Source of the DNA: Eledone cirrhosa
Taxonomy: Eukaryota
Assembly: GCA_964016885.1 (NCBI GenBank)
Contig: OZ024743.1
Coordinates: 80,042,001 to 80,106,000, forward strand
Direction: 5' to 3'
DNA length: 64,000 nt
Made by a program: the position numbers and the translations under genes. Below are positions 28,901 through 44,300 of this stretch, in pieces. Below the pieces are notes generated by a model. That model saw only the letters and a list, made by a program, of their open reading frames with translations. It had not been told where the DNA came from and made no database searches. The number at the start of each line of letters is the position of its first letter. Position 1 is the stretch's first letter.

Positions 28901-31900
28901 CACTCTACCTACACTGGGAATATAGAGATGACAGAATCTAGTGTGACACTCTACCTACACTGGGAATATAGAGATGACAGAATCTAGTGTGACACTCTAC
29001 CTCCCTACACTGGGAATATAGAGATGACAGAATCTAGTGTGACACTCTACCTACACTGGGAATATAGAGATGACAGAATCTAGTGTGACACTCTACCTAC
29101 ACTGGGAATATAGAGATGACAGAATCTAGTGTGACACTCTACCTCCCTACACTGGGAATATAGAGATGACAGAATCTAGTGTGACACTCTACCCACACTG
29201 GGAATATAGAGATGACAGAATCTAGTGTGACACTCTACCCACACTGGGAATATAGAGATGACAGAATCTAGTGTGATACTCTACCTACACTGGGAATATA
29301 GAGATGACAGAATCTAGTGTGACACTCTACCTCCCTACACTGGGAATATAGAGATGACAGAATCTAGTGTGACACTCTACCTACCTACACTGGGAATATA
29401 GAGAGGACAGAATCTAGTGTGACACTCTACCCACACTGGGAATATAGAGATGACAGAATCTAGTGTGACACTCTACCTACACTGGGAATATAGAGATGAC
29501 AGAATCCAGTGTGACACTCTACCTACACTGGGAATATAGAGATGACAGAATCTAGTGTGACACTCTACCTACACTGGGAATATAGAGATGACAGAATCTA
29601 GTGTGACACTCTACCTCCCTACAATGGGAATATAGAGATGACAGCATCTAGTGTGACACTCTACCTCCACTGGGAATATAGAGATGACAGAATCTAGTGT
29701 GACACTCTACCTCCCTACACTGGGAATATAAAGATGACAGAATCTAGTGTGTCACTCTACCTACACTGGGAATATAGAGATGACAGAATCTAGTGTGACA
29801 CTCTACCTACACTGGGAATATAGAGATGACAGAATCTAGTGTGACACTCTACCTAAACTGGGAATATAGAGATGACAGAATCTAGCGTGACACTCTACCT
29901 CCCTACACTGGGAATATAGAGATGACAGAATCTAGTGTGACACTCTACCTAAACTGGGAATATAGAGATGACAGAATCTAGCGTGACACTCTACCTCCCT
30001 ACACTGGGAATATAGAGATGACAGAATCTAGTGTGACACTCTACCTACACTGGGAATATAGAGATGACAGAATCTAGTGTGACACTCTACCTACACTGGG
30101 AATATAGAGATGACAGAATCTAGTGTGACACTCTACCTCCCTACACTGGGAATATAGAGATGACAGAATCTAGTGAGACACTCTACCTCCCTACACTGGG
30201 AATATAGAGATGACAGAATCTAGTGTGACACTCTACCTCCCTACACTGGGAATATAGAGATGACAGAATCTAGTGTGACACTCTACCTCCATACACTGGG
30301 AATATAGAGATGACAGAATCTAGTGTGATACTCTACCTACACTGGGAATATAGAGATGACAGAATCTAGTGTGACACTCTACCTACACTGGGAATATAGA
30401 GATGACAGAATCTAGTGTGACACTCTACCTACACTGGGAATATAGAGATGACAGAATCTAGTGTGACACTCTACCTCCCTACACTGGGAATATAGAGATG
30501 ACAGAATCTAGTGTGACACTCTACCTCCCTACACTGGGAATGTAGAGATGACAGAATCTAGTGTGACATTCTACCTCCCTACACTGGGAATATAGAGATG
30601 ACAGAATCTAGTGTGACACTCTACCTACACTGGGAATATAGAGATGACAGAATCTAGTGTGACACTACCTCCCTACACTGGGAATATAGAGATGACATAA
30701 TCTAGTGTGACACTCTACCTACACTGGGAATATAGAGATGACAGAATCTAGTGTGACACTCTACCTACACTGGGAATATAGAGATGACAGAATCTAGTGT
30801 GACACTCTACCTACACTGGGAATATAGAGATGACAGAATCTAGTGTGACACTCTACCTACACTGGGAATATAGAGATGACAGAATCTAGTGTGACACTCT
30901 ACCTACACTGGGAATATAAAGATGACAGAATCTAGTGTGACACTCTACCTACACTGGGAATATAGAGATGACAGAATCTAGTGTGACACTCTACCTCCCT
31001 ACACTGGGAATATAGAGATGACAGCATCTAGTGTGACACTCTACCTACACTGGGAATATAGAGATGACAGAATCTAGTGTGACACTCTACCTCCCTACAC
31101 TGGGAATATAAAGATGACAGAATCTAATGTGACACTCTACCTACACTGGGAATATAGAGATGACAGAATCTAGTGTGACACTCTACCTACCTACACTGGG
31201 AATATAGAGATGACAGAATCTAGTGTGACACTCTACCTACACTGGGAATATAGAGATGACAGTATCTAGTGTGACACTCTACCTACACTGGGAATATAGA
31301 GATGACAGAATCTAGTGTGACACTCTACCTACCTACACTGGGAATATAAAAATGACAGAATCTAGTGTGACACTCTACCTCCCTACACTGGGAATATAAA
31401 GATGACAGAATCTAGTGTGACACTCTACCTACACTGGGAATATAGAGATGACAGAATCTAGTGTGACACTCTACCTACCTACACTGGGAATATAAAGATG
31501 ACAGAATCTAGTGTGACACTCTACCTCCCTACACTGGGAATATAGAGATGACAGAATCTAGTGTGACACTCTACCTACCTACACTGGGAATATAGAGATG
31601 ACAGAATCTAGTGTGACACTCTACCCACACTGGGAATATAGAGATGACAGAATCTAGTGTGACACTCTACCTACACTGGGAATATAGAGATGACAGAATC
31701 CAGTGTGACACTCTACCTCCCTACACTGGGAATATAGAGATGACAGCATCTAGTGTGACACTCTACCTCCACTGGGAATATAGAGATGACAGAATCTAGT
31801 GTGACACTCTACCTCCCTACACTGGGAATATAAAGATGACAGAATCTAGTGTGACACTCTACCTACACTGGGAATATAGAGATGACAGAATCTAGTGTGA

Positions 31901-33460
31901 CACTCTACCTACACTGGGAATATAGAGATGACAGAATCTAGTGTGACACTCTACCTACACTGGGAATATAGAGATGACAGAATCTAGTGTGACACTCTAC
32001 CTACACTGTGAATATAGAGAAGACAGAATCTAGTGTGACACTCTACCTACACTGGGAATATAGAGATGACAGAATCTAGCGTGACACTCTACCTCCCTAC
32101 ACTGGGAATATAGAGATGACAGAATCTAGTGTGACACTCTACCTACACTGGGAATATAGAGATGACAGAATCTAGTGTGACACTCTACCTACACTGGGAA
32201 TATAGAGATGACAGAATCTAGTGTGACACTCTACCTCCCTACACTGGGAATATAGAGATGACAGAATCTAGTGAGACACTCTACCTCCCTACACTGGGAA
32301 TATAGAGATGACAGAATCTAGTGTGGCACTCTACCTCCCTACACTGGGAATATAGAGATGACAGAATCTATTGTGACACTCTACCTCCCTACACTGGGAA
32401 TATAGAGATGACAGAATCTAGTGAGACACTCTACCTACACTGGGAATATAGAGATGACAGAATCTAGTGTGACACTCTACCTCCCTACGCTGGGAATATA
32501 GAGATGACAGAATCTAGTGTGACACTCTACCTACACTGGGAATATAGTGATGACAGAATCTAGTGTGACACTCTACCTACACTGGGAATATAGAGATGAC
32601 AGAATCTAGTGTGACACTCTACCTACACTGGGAATATAGAGATGACATAATCTAGTGTGACACTCTACCTACACTGGGAATATAGAGATGATAGAATCTA
32701 GTGTGACACTCTACCTCCCTACACTGGAAATATAGAGATGACAGCATCTAGTGTGACACTCTACCTACACTGGGAATATAGAGATGACAGAATCTAGTGT
32801 GACACTCTACCTCCCTACACTGGGAATATAAAGATGACAGAAACTAGTGTTACACTCTACCTACACTGGGAATATAGAGATGACAGAATCTAGTGTGACA
32901 CTCTACCTACCTACACTGGGAATATAAACATGACATAATCTAGTGTGACACTCTACCTACCTACACTGGGAATATAGAGATGACAGAATCTAGTGTGACA
33001 CTCTACCTACACTGAGAATATAGAGATGACAGAATATAGTGTGACACTCTACCTACACTGGGGATATAGAGATGACAGAATCTAGTGTGACATTCTACCT
33101 ACCTACACTGGGAATATAGAGATGACAGAATCTAGTGTGACACTCTACCTACACTGGGAATATAGAGATGACAGAATCTAGTGTGACACTCTACCTACAC
33201 TGGGAATATAGAAATGACAGAATCTAGTGTGACACTACCTCCCTACACTGGGAATATAGAGATGACATAATCTAGTATGACACTCTACCTACACTGGGAA
33301 TATAGAGATGACAGAATCTAGTGTGACACTCTACCTACACTGGGAATATAGAGATGACAGAATCTAGTGTGACACTCTACCTACACTGGGAATATAGAGA
33401 TGACAGAATCTAGTGTGACACTCTACCTACACTGGGGATATAGAGATGACAGAATCTAGT
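17220..33460. repeat. ~6.2 kb block (about 17220-23450) repeated at about 27230-33460, offset 10012 bp (6552 + 3460)
   Basis: CTACCTCCAT 20271/30283, the G of GAATGTAG 20530/30542, CAGTATC 21251/31263, AATATAAAAA 21331/31343, TGGGG 23421/33433. Confidence 0.92.
22070..29180. repeat. Two-copy tandem duplication, period 3460 bp
   Basis: GAGACACT 22261/25721, AGGGAATATA 22571/26031, ATCTACACTG 22751/26211, TAATGTG 24101/27561, GATTACAG 24561/28021. Confidence 0.93.
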
Positions 33461-36400
33461 GTGACACTCTACCTACACTGGGAATATAAAGATGACAGAA
33501 TCTAGTGTGACACTCTACCTACACTGGGAATATAGAGATGACAGAATCTAGTGTGACACTCTACCTACACTGGGAATATAGAGATGACAGAATCTAGTGT
33601 GACACTCTACCTACACTGGGAATATAGAGATGACAGAATCTAGTGTGACACTCTACCTACCTACACTGGGAATATAAAGATGACAGAATCTAGTGTGACA
33701 CTCTACCTACACTGGGAATATAAAGATGACAGAATCTAGTGTGACACTCTACCTACACTGGGAATATAGAGATGACAGAATCTAGTGTGACACTCTACCT
33801 TCACTGGGAATATAAAGATGACAGAATCTAGTGTGACACTCTACCTCCCTACACTGGGAATATAAAGATGACAGAATCTAGTGTGACACTCTACCTACAC
33901 TGGGAATATAGAGATGACAGAATCTAGTGTGACACTCTACCTACCTACACTGGGAATATAAAGATGACAGAATCTAGTGTGACACTCTACCTCCCTACAC
34001 TGGGAATATAGAGATGACAGAATCTAGTGTGACACTCTACCTACCTACACTGGGAATATAGAGATGACAGAATCTAGTGTGACACTCTACCCACACTGGG
34101 AATATAGACATGACAGAATCTAGTGTGACACTCTACCTACACTGGGAATATAGAGATGACAGAATCCAGTGTGACACTCTACCTACACTGGGAATATAGA
34201 GATGACAGAATCTAGTGTGACACTCTACCTACACTGGGAATATAGAGATGACAGAATCTAGTGTGACACTCTACCTCCCTACACTGGGAATATAGAGATG
34301 ACAGCATCTAGTGTGACACTCTACCTCCACTGGGAATATAGAGATGACAGAATCTAGTGTGACACTCTACCTCCCTACACTGGGAATATAAAGATGACAG
34401 AATCTAGTGTGACACTCTACCTACACTGGGAATATAGAGATGACAGAATCTAGTGTGACACTCTACCTACACTGGGAATATAGAGATGACAGAATCTAGT
34501 GTGTCACTCTACCTACACTGGGAATATAGAGATGACAGAATCTAGTGTGACACTCTACCTGCCGACACTGGGAATATAAAGATGACAGAATCTAGTGTGA
34601 CACTCTACCTACACTGGGAATATAGAGATGACAGAATCTAGTGTGACACTCTACCTACACTGGGAATATAGAGATGACAGAATCTAGTGTGACACTCTAC
34701 GTACACTGTGAATATAGAGAAGACAGAATCTAGTGTGACACTCTACCTACACTGGGAATATAGAGATGACAGAATCTAGCGTGACACTCTACCTCCCTAC
34801 ACTGGGAATATAGAGATGACAGAATCTAGTGTGACACTCTACCTACACTGGGAATATAGAGATGACAGAATCTAGTGTGACACTCTACCTCCCTACACTG
34901 GGAATATAGAGATGACAGAATCTAGTGAGACACTCTACCTCCCTACACTGGGAATATAGAGATGACAGAATCTAGTGTGGCACTCTACCTCCCTACACTG
35001 GGAATATAGAGATGACAGAATCTAGTGTGACACTCTACCTCCCTACACTGGGAATATAGAGATGACAGAATCTAGTGTGACACTCTACCTCCCTACGCTG
35101 GGAATATAGAGATGACAGAATCTAGTGTGACACTCTACCTACACTGGGAATATAGTGATGACAGAATCTAGTGTGACACTCTACCTACACTGGGAATATA
35201 GAGATGACAGAATCTAGTGTGACACTCTACCTACACTGGGGATATAGAGATGACAGAATCTAGTGTGGCACTCTACCTCCCTACACTGGGAATATAGAGA
35301 TGACATAATCTACTGTGACACTCTACCTCCATACACTGGGAATATAGAGATGACAGAATCTAGTGTGATACTCTACCTACACTGGGAATATAGAGATGAC
35401 AGAATCTAGTGTGACACTCTACCTACACTGGGAATATAGAGATGACAGAATCTAGTGTGATACTCTACCTACACTGGGAATATAGAGATGACAGAATCTA
35501 GTGTGACACTCTACCTCCCTACACTGGGAATATAGAGATGACAGAATTTAGTGTGACACTCTACCTACACTGGGAATATAGAGATGACAGAATCTAGTGT
35601 GACACTCTACCTACACTGGGAATATAGAGATGACAGAATCTAGTGTGACACTCTACCTACACTGGGAATATAGAGATGACAGAATCTAGTGTGACACTCT
35701 ACCTCCCTACACTGGGAATATAGAGATGACAGAATCTAGTGTGACACTCTACATCCCTACACTGGGAATATTGAGATGACAGAATCTAGTGTGGAACTCT
35801 AGCTACACTGGGAATATAGAGATGACAGAATCTAGTGTGACACTCTACCTACACTGGGAATATAGAGATGACAGAATCTAGTGTGACACTCTACCTCCCT
35901 ACACTGGGAATATAAAGATGACAGAATCTAGTGTGACACTCTACCTACACTGGGAATATAGAGATGACAGAATCTAGTGTGACACTCTACCTACCTACAC
36001 TGGGAATATAAAGATGACAGAATCTAGTGTGACACTCTACCTCCCTACAATTGGGAATATAGAGATGACAGAATCTAGTGTGACACTCTACCTACCTACA
36101 CTGGGAATATAGAGATGACAGAATCTAGTGTGACACTCTACCCACACTGGGAATATAGACATGACAGAATCTAGTGTGACACTCTACCTACACTGGGAAT
36201 ATAGAGATGACAGAATCCAGTGTGACACTCTACCTACACTGGGAATATAGAGATGACAGAATCTAGTGTGACACTCTACCTACACTGGGAATATAGAGAT
36301 GACAGAATCTAGTGTGACACTCTACCTCCCTACACTGGGAATATAGAGATGACAGCATCTAGTGTGACACTCTACCTCCACTGGGAATATAGAGATGACA

Positions 36401-39400
36401 GAATCTAGTGTGACACTCTACCTCCCTACACTGGGAATATAAAGATGACAGAATCTAGTGTGACACTCTACCTACACTGGGAATATAGAGATGACAGAAT
36501 CTAGTGTGACACTCTACCTACACTGGGAATATAGAGATGACAGAATCTAGTGTGTCACTCTACCTACACTGGGAATATAGAGATGACAGAATCTAGTGTG
36601 ACACTCTACCTGCCGACACTGGGAATATAAAGATGACAGAATCTAGTGTGACACTCTACCTACACTGGGAATATAGAGATGACAGAATCTAGTGTGACAC
36701 TCTACCTACACTGGGAATATAGAGATGACAGAATCTAGTGTGACACTCTACGTACACTGTGAATATAGAGAAGACAGAATCTAGTGTGACACTCTACCTA
36801 CACTGGGAATATAGAGATGACAGAATCTAGCGTGACACTCTACCTCCCTACACTGGGAATATAGAGATGACAGAATCTAGTGTGACACTCTACCTACACT
36901 GGGAATATAGAGATGACAGAATCTAGTGTGACACTCTACCTCCCTACACTGGGAATATAGAGATGACAGAATCTAGTGAGACACTCTACCTCCCTACACT
37001 GGGAATATAGAGATGACAGAATCTAGTGTGGCACTCTACCTCCCTACACTGGGAATATAGAGATGACAGAATCTAGTGTGACACTCTACCTCCCTACACT
37101 GGGAATATAGAGATGACAGAATCTAGTGTGACACTCTACCTCCCTACGCTGGGAATATAGAGATGACAGAATCTAGTGTGACACTCTACCTACACTGGGA
37201 ATATAGTGATGACAGAATCTAGTGTGACACTCTACCTACACTGGGAATATAGAGATGACAGAATCTAGTGTGACACTCTACCTACACTGGGGATATAGAG
37301 ATGACAGAATCTAGTGTGGCACTCTACCTCCCTACACTGGGAATATAGAGATGACATAATCTACTGTGACACTCTACCTCCATACACTGGGAATATAGAG
37401 ATGACAGAATCTAGTGTGATACTCTACCTACACTGGGAATATAGAGATGACAGAATCTAGTGTGACACTCTACCTACACTGGGAATATAGAGATGACAGA
37501 ATCTAGTGTGATACTCTACCTACACTGGGAATATAGAGATGACAGAATCTAGTGTGACACTCTACCTCCCTACACTGGGAATATAGAGATGACAGAATTT
37601 AGTGTGACACTCTACCTACACTGGGAATATAGAGATGATAGAATCTAGTGTGACACTCTACCTACACTGGGAATATAGAGATGACAGAATCTAGTGTGAC
37701 ACTCTACCTACACTGGGAATATAGAGATGACAGAATCTAGTGTGACACTCTACCTCCCTACACTGGGAATATAGAGATGACAGAATCTAGTGTGACACTC
37801 TACATCCCTACACTGGGAATATTGAGATGACAGAATCTAGTGTGGAACTCTAGCTACACTGGGAATATAGAGATGACAGAATCTAGTGTGACACTCTACC
37901 TACACTGGGAATATAGAGATGACAGAATCTAGTGTGACACTCTACCTCCCTACAGTGGGAATATAGAGATGACAGAATCTAGTGTGACACTCTACCTCCC
38001 TACACTGGGAATATAGAGATGACAGAATCTAGTGTGACACTCTACCTCCCTACACTGGGAATATAGAGATGACAGAATCTAGTGTGACACTCTACATCCC
38101 TACACTGGGAATATTGAGATGACAGAATCTAGTGTGGAACTCTAGCTACACTGGGAATATAGAGATGACAGAATCTAGTGTGACACTCTACCTACACTGG
38201 GAATATAGAGATGACAGAATCTAGTGTGACACTCTACCTCCCTACAGTGGGAATATAGAGATGACAGAATCTAGTGTGACACTCTACCTCCCTACACTGG
38301 GAATATAGAGATGACAGAATCTAGTGAGACACTCTACCTACCTACACTGGGAATATAGAGATGACAGAATCTAGTGTGACACTCTACCTACCTACACTGG
38401 GAATATAAACATGACATAATCTAGTGTGACACTCTACCTACCTACACTGGGAATATAGAGATGACAGAATCTAGTGTGACACTCTACCTACACTGAGAAT
38501 ATAGAGATGACAGAATATAGTGTGACACTCTACCTACACTGGGGATATAGAGATGACAGAATCTAGTGTGACATTCTACCTACCTACACTGGGAATATAG
38601 AGATGACAGAATCTAGTGTGACACTCTACCTACACTGGGAATATAGAGATGACAGAATCTAGTGTGACACTCTACCTACACTGGGAATATAGAAATGACA
38701 GAATCTAGTGTGACACTACCTCCCTACACTGGGAATATAGAGATGACATAATCTAGTATGACACTCTACCTACACTGGGAATATAGAGATGACAGAATCT
38801 AGTGTGACACTCTACCTACACTGGGAATATAGAGATGACAGAATCTAGTGTGACACTCTACCTACACTGGGAATATAGAGATGACAGAATCTAGTGTGAC
38901 ACTCTACCTACACTGGGGATATAGAGATGACAGAATCTAGTGTGACACTCTACCTACACTGGGAATATAAAGATGACAGAATCTAGTGTGACACTCTACC
39001 TACACTGGGAATATAGAGATGACAGAATCTAGTGTGACACTCTACCTACACTGGGAATATAGAGATGACAGAATCTAGTGTGACACTCTACCTACACTGG
39101 GAATATAGAGATGACAGAATCTAGTGTGACACTCTACCTACCTACACTGGGAATATAAAGATGACAGAATCTAGTGTGACACTCTACCTACACTGGGAAT
39201 ATAAAGATGACAGAATCTAGTGTGACACTCTACCTACACTGGGAATATAGAGATGACAGAATCTAGTGTGACACTCTACCTTCACTGGGAATATAAAGAT
39301 GACAGAATCTAGTGTGACACTCTACCTCCCTACACTGGGAATATAAAGATGACAGAATCTAGTGTGACACTCTACCTACACTGGGAATATAGAGATGACA

Positions 39401-41380
39401 GAATCTAGTGTGACACTCTACCTACCTACACTGGGAATATAAAGATGACAGAATCTAGTGTGACACTCTACCTCCCTACACTGGGAATATAGAGATGACA
39501 GAATCTAGTGTGACACTCTACCTACCTACACTGGGAATATAGAGATGACAGAATCTAGTGTGACACTCTACCCACACTGGGAATATAGACATGACAGAAT
39601 CTAGTGTGACACTCTACCTACACTGGGAATATAGAGATGACAGAATCCAGTGTGACACTCTACCTACACTGGGAATATAGAGATGACAGAATCTAGTGTG
39701 ACACTCTACCTACACTGGGAATATAGAGATGACAGAATCTAGTGTGACACTCTACCTCCCTACACTGGGAATATAGAGATGACAGCATCTAGTGTGACAC
39801 TCTACCTCCACTGGGAATATAGAGATGACAGAATCTAGTGTGACACTCTACCTCCCTACACTGGGAATATAAAGATGACAGAATCTAGTGTGACACTCTA
39901 CCTACACTGGGAATATAGAGATGACAGAATCTAGTGTGACACTCTACCTACACTGGGAATATAGAGATGACAGAATCTAGTGTGTCACTCTACCTACACT
40001 GGGAATATAGAGATGACAGAATCTAGTGTGACACTCTACCTGCCGACACTGGGAATATAAAGATGACAGAATCTAGTGTGACACTCTACCTACACTGGGA
40101 ATATAGAGATGACAGAATCTAGTGTGACACTCTACCTACACTGGGAATATAGAGATGACAGAATCTAGTGTGACACTCTACGTACACTGTGAATATAGAG
40201 AAGACAGAATCTAGTGTGACACTCTACCTACACTGGGAATATAGAGATGACAGAATCTAGCGTGACACTCTACCTCCCTACACTGGGAATATAGAGATGA
40301 CAGAATCTAGTGTGACACTCTACCTACACTGGGAATATAGAGATGACAGAATCTAGTGTGACACTCTACCTCCCTACACTGGGAATATAGAGATGACAGA
40401 ATCTAGTGAGACACTCTACCTCCCTACACTGGGAATATAGAGATGACAGAATCTAGTGTGGCACTCTACCTCCCTACACTGGGAATATAGAGATGACAGA
40501 ATCTAGTGTGACACTCTACCTCCCTACACTGGGAATATAGAGATGACAGAATCTAGTGTGACACTCTACCTCCCTACGCTGGGAATATAGAGATGACAGA
40601 ATCTAGTGTGACACTCTACCTACACTGGGAATATAGTGATGACAGAATCTAGTGTGACACTCTACCTACACTGGGAATATAGAGATGACAGAATCTAGTG
40701 TGACACTCTACCTACACTGGGGATATAGAGATGACAGAATCTAGTGTGGCACTCTACCTCCCTACACTGGGAATATAGAGATGACATAATCTACTGTGAC
40801 ACTCTACCTCCATACACTGGGAATATAGAGATGACAGAATCTAGTGTGATACTCTACCTACACTGGGAATATAGAGATGACAGAATCTAGTGTGACACTC
40901 TACCTACACTGGGAATATAGAGATGACAGAATCTAGTGTGATACTCTACCTACACTGGGAATATAGAGATGACAGAATCTAGTGTGACACTCTACCTCCC
41001 TACACTGGGAATATAGAGATGACAGAATTTAGTGTGACACTCTACCTACACTGGGAATATAGAGATGACAGAATCTAGTGTGACACTCTACCTACACTGG
41101 GAATATAGAGATGACAGAATCTAGTGTGACACTCTACCTACACTGGGAATATAGAGATGACAGAATCTAGTGTGACACTCTACCTCCCTACACTGGGAAT
41201 ATAGAGATGACAGAATCTAGTGTGACACTCTACATCCCTACACTGGGAATATTGAGATGACAGAATCTAGTGTGGAACTCTAGCTACACTGGGAATATAG
41301 AGATGACAGAATCTAGTGTGACACTCTACCTACACTGGGAATATAGAGATGACAGAATCTAGTGTGACACTCTACCTCCC
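32880..41380. repeat. ~3 kb block (about 32880-35890) repeated at about 38360-41380, offset 5481 bp
   Basis: ATAAACATG 32924/38405, GCCGAC 34561/40042, GTGGAAC 35791/41272. Confidence 0.88.
33840..37940. repeat. Two-copy tandem duplication, period 2050-2051 bp
   Basis: GCCGAC 34561/36612 and GTGGAACTCTAGCT 35791/37842. A 1-bp insertion near 36050 shifts the offset from 2050 to 2051. Confidence 0.9.
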
Positions 41381-44300
41381 TACAGTGGGAATATAGAGAT
41401 GACAGAATCTAGTGTGACACTCTACCTCCCTACACTGGGAATATAGAGATGACAGAATCTAGTGAGACACTCTACCTACCTACACTGTGAATATAGAGAT
41501 GACAAAATCTATTGTGACACTGTAGCTACACTGGGAATATAGAGATGACAGAATCTAGTGTGACACTCTACCTACCTACACTGTGAATATAGAGATGACA
41601 GAATCTAGTGTGACACTACCTCCCTACACTGGGAATATAGAGATGACATAATCTAGTGTGACACTCTACCTACACTGGGAATATAGAGATGACAGAATCT
41701 AGTGTGACACTCTACCTACACTGGGAATATAGAGATGACAGAATCTAGTGTGACACTACCTCCCTACACTGGGAATATAGAGATGACATAATCTAGTGTG
41801 ACACTCTACCTACACTGGGAATATAGAGATGACAGAATCTAGTGTGACACTCTACCTACACTGGGAATATAGAGATGACAGAATCTAGTGTGACACTCTA
41901 CCTACACTGGGAATATAGAGATGACAGAATCTAGTGTGACACTCTACCTACACTGGGAATATAAAGATGACAGAATCTAGTGTGACACTCTACCTACACT
42001 GGGAATATAGAGATGACAGAATCTAGTGTGACACTCTACCTACACTGGGAATATAGAGATGACAGAATCTAGTGTGACACTCTACCTACACTGGGAATAT
42101 AGAGATGACAGAATCTAGTGTGACACTCTACCTCCCTACACTGGGAATATAAAGATGACAGAATCTAATGTGACACTCTACCTACACTGGGAATATAGAG
42201 ATGACAGAATCTAGTGTGACACTCTACCTTCCTACACTGGGAATATAGAGATGACAGAATCTAGTGTGACACTCTACCTACACTGGGAATATAGAGATGA
42301 CAGAATCTAGTGTGACACTCTACCTACACTGGGAATATAGAGATGACAGAATCTAGTGTGACACTCTACCTACCTAAACTGGGAATATAAAGATGACAGA
42401 ATCTAGTGTGACACTCTACCTACACTGGGAATATAGAGATGACAGAATCTAGTGTGACACTCTACCTACCTACACTGGGAATATAGAGATGACAGAATCT
42501 AGTGTGACACTCTACCTACCTACACTGGGAATATAAAGATGACAGAATCTAGTGTGACACTCTACCTCCCTACACTGGGAATATAGAGATGCCAGAATCT
42601 AGTGTGACACTCTACCCACACTGGGAATATAGAGATGACAGAATCTAGTGTGACACTCTACCCACACTGGGAATATAGAGATGACAGAATCTAGTGTGAC
42701 ACTCTACCTACACTGGGAATATAGAGCTGACAGAATCCAGTGTGACACTCTACCTACACTGGGAATATAGAGATGACAGAATCTAGTGTGACACTCTACC
42801 TCCCAACACTGGGAATATAGAGATGACAGAATCTAGTGTGACACTCTACCTACACTGGGAATATAGAGATGACAGAATCCAGTGTGACACTCTACCTACA
42901 CTGGGAATATAAAGATGACAGAATCTAGTGTGACACTCTACCTACACTGGGAATATAGAGATGACAGAATCTAGTGTGACACTCTACCTACACTGTGAAT
43001 ATAGAGAAGACAGAATCTAGTGTGACACTCTACCTACACTGGGAATATAGAGATGACAGAATCTAGCGTGACACTCTACCTCCCTACACTGGGAATATAG
43101 AGATGACAGAATCTAGTGTGACACTCTACCTACACTGGGAATATAGAGATGACAGAATCTAGTGTGACACTCTACCTACACTGGGAATATAGAGATGACA
43201 GAATCTAGTGTGACACTCTACCTCCCTACACTGGGAATATAGAGATGACAGAATCTAGTGAGACACTCTACCTCCCTACACTGGGAATATAGAGATGACA
43301 GAATCTAGTGTGGCACTCTACCTCCCTACACTGGGAATATAGAGATGACAGAATCTATTGTGACACTCTACCTCCCTACACTGGGAATATAGAGATGACA
43401 GAATCTAGTGAGACACTCTACCTACACTGGGAATATAGAGATGACAGAATCTAGTGTGACACTCTACCTCCCTACGCTGGGAATATAGAGATGACAGAAT
43501 CTAGTGTGACACTCTACCTACACTGGGAATATAGTGATGACAGAATCTAGTGTGACACTCTACCTACACTGGGAATATAGAGATGACAGAATCTAGTGTG
43601 ACACTCTACCTACACTGGGAATATAGAGATGACATAATCTAGTGTGACACTCTACCTACACTGGGAATATAGAGATGATAGAATCTAGTGTGACACTCTA
43701 CCTCCCTACACTGGAAATATAGAGATGACAGCATCTAGTGTGACACTCTACCTACACTGGGAATATAGAGATGACAGAATCTAGTGTGACACTCTACCTC
43801 CCTACACTGGGAATATAAAGATGACAGAATCTAGTGTTACACTCTACCTACACTGGGAATATAGAGATGACAGAATCTAGTGTGACACTCTACCTACCTA
43901 CACTGGGAATATAAACATGACATAATCTAGTGTGACACTCTACCTACACTGGGAATATAGAGATGACAGAATCTAGTGTGACACTCTACCTACACTGAGA
44001 ATATAGAGATGACAGAATATAGTGTGACACTCTACCTACACTGGGGATATAGAGATGACAGAATCTAGTGTGACATTCTACCTACCTACACTGGGAATAT
44101 AGAGATGACAGAATCTAGTGTGACACTCTACCTACACTGGGAATATAGAGATGACAGAATCTAGTGTGACACTCTACCTACACTGGGAATATAGAAATGA
44201 CAGAATCTAGTGTGACACTACCTCCCTACACTGGGAATATAGAGATGACATAATCTAGTATGACACTCTACCTACACTGGGAATATAGAGATGACAGAAT

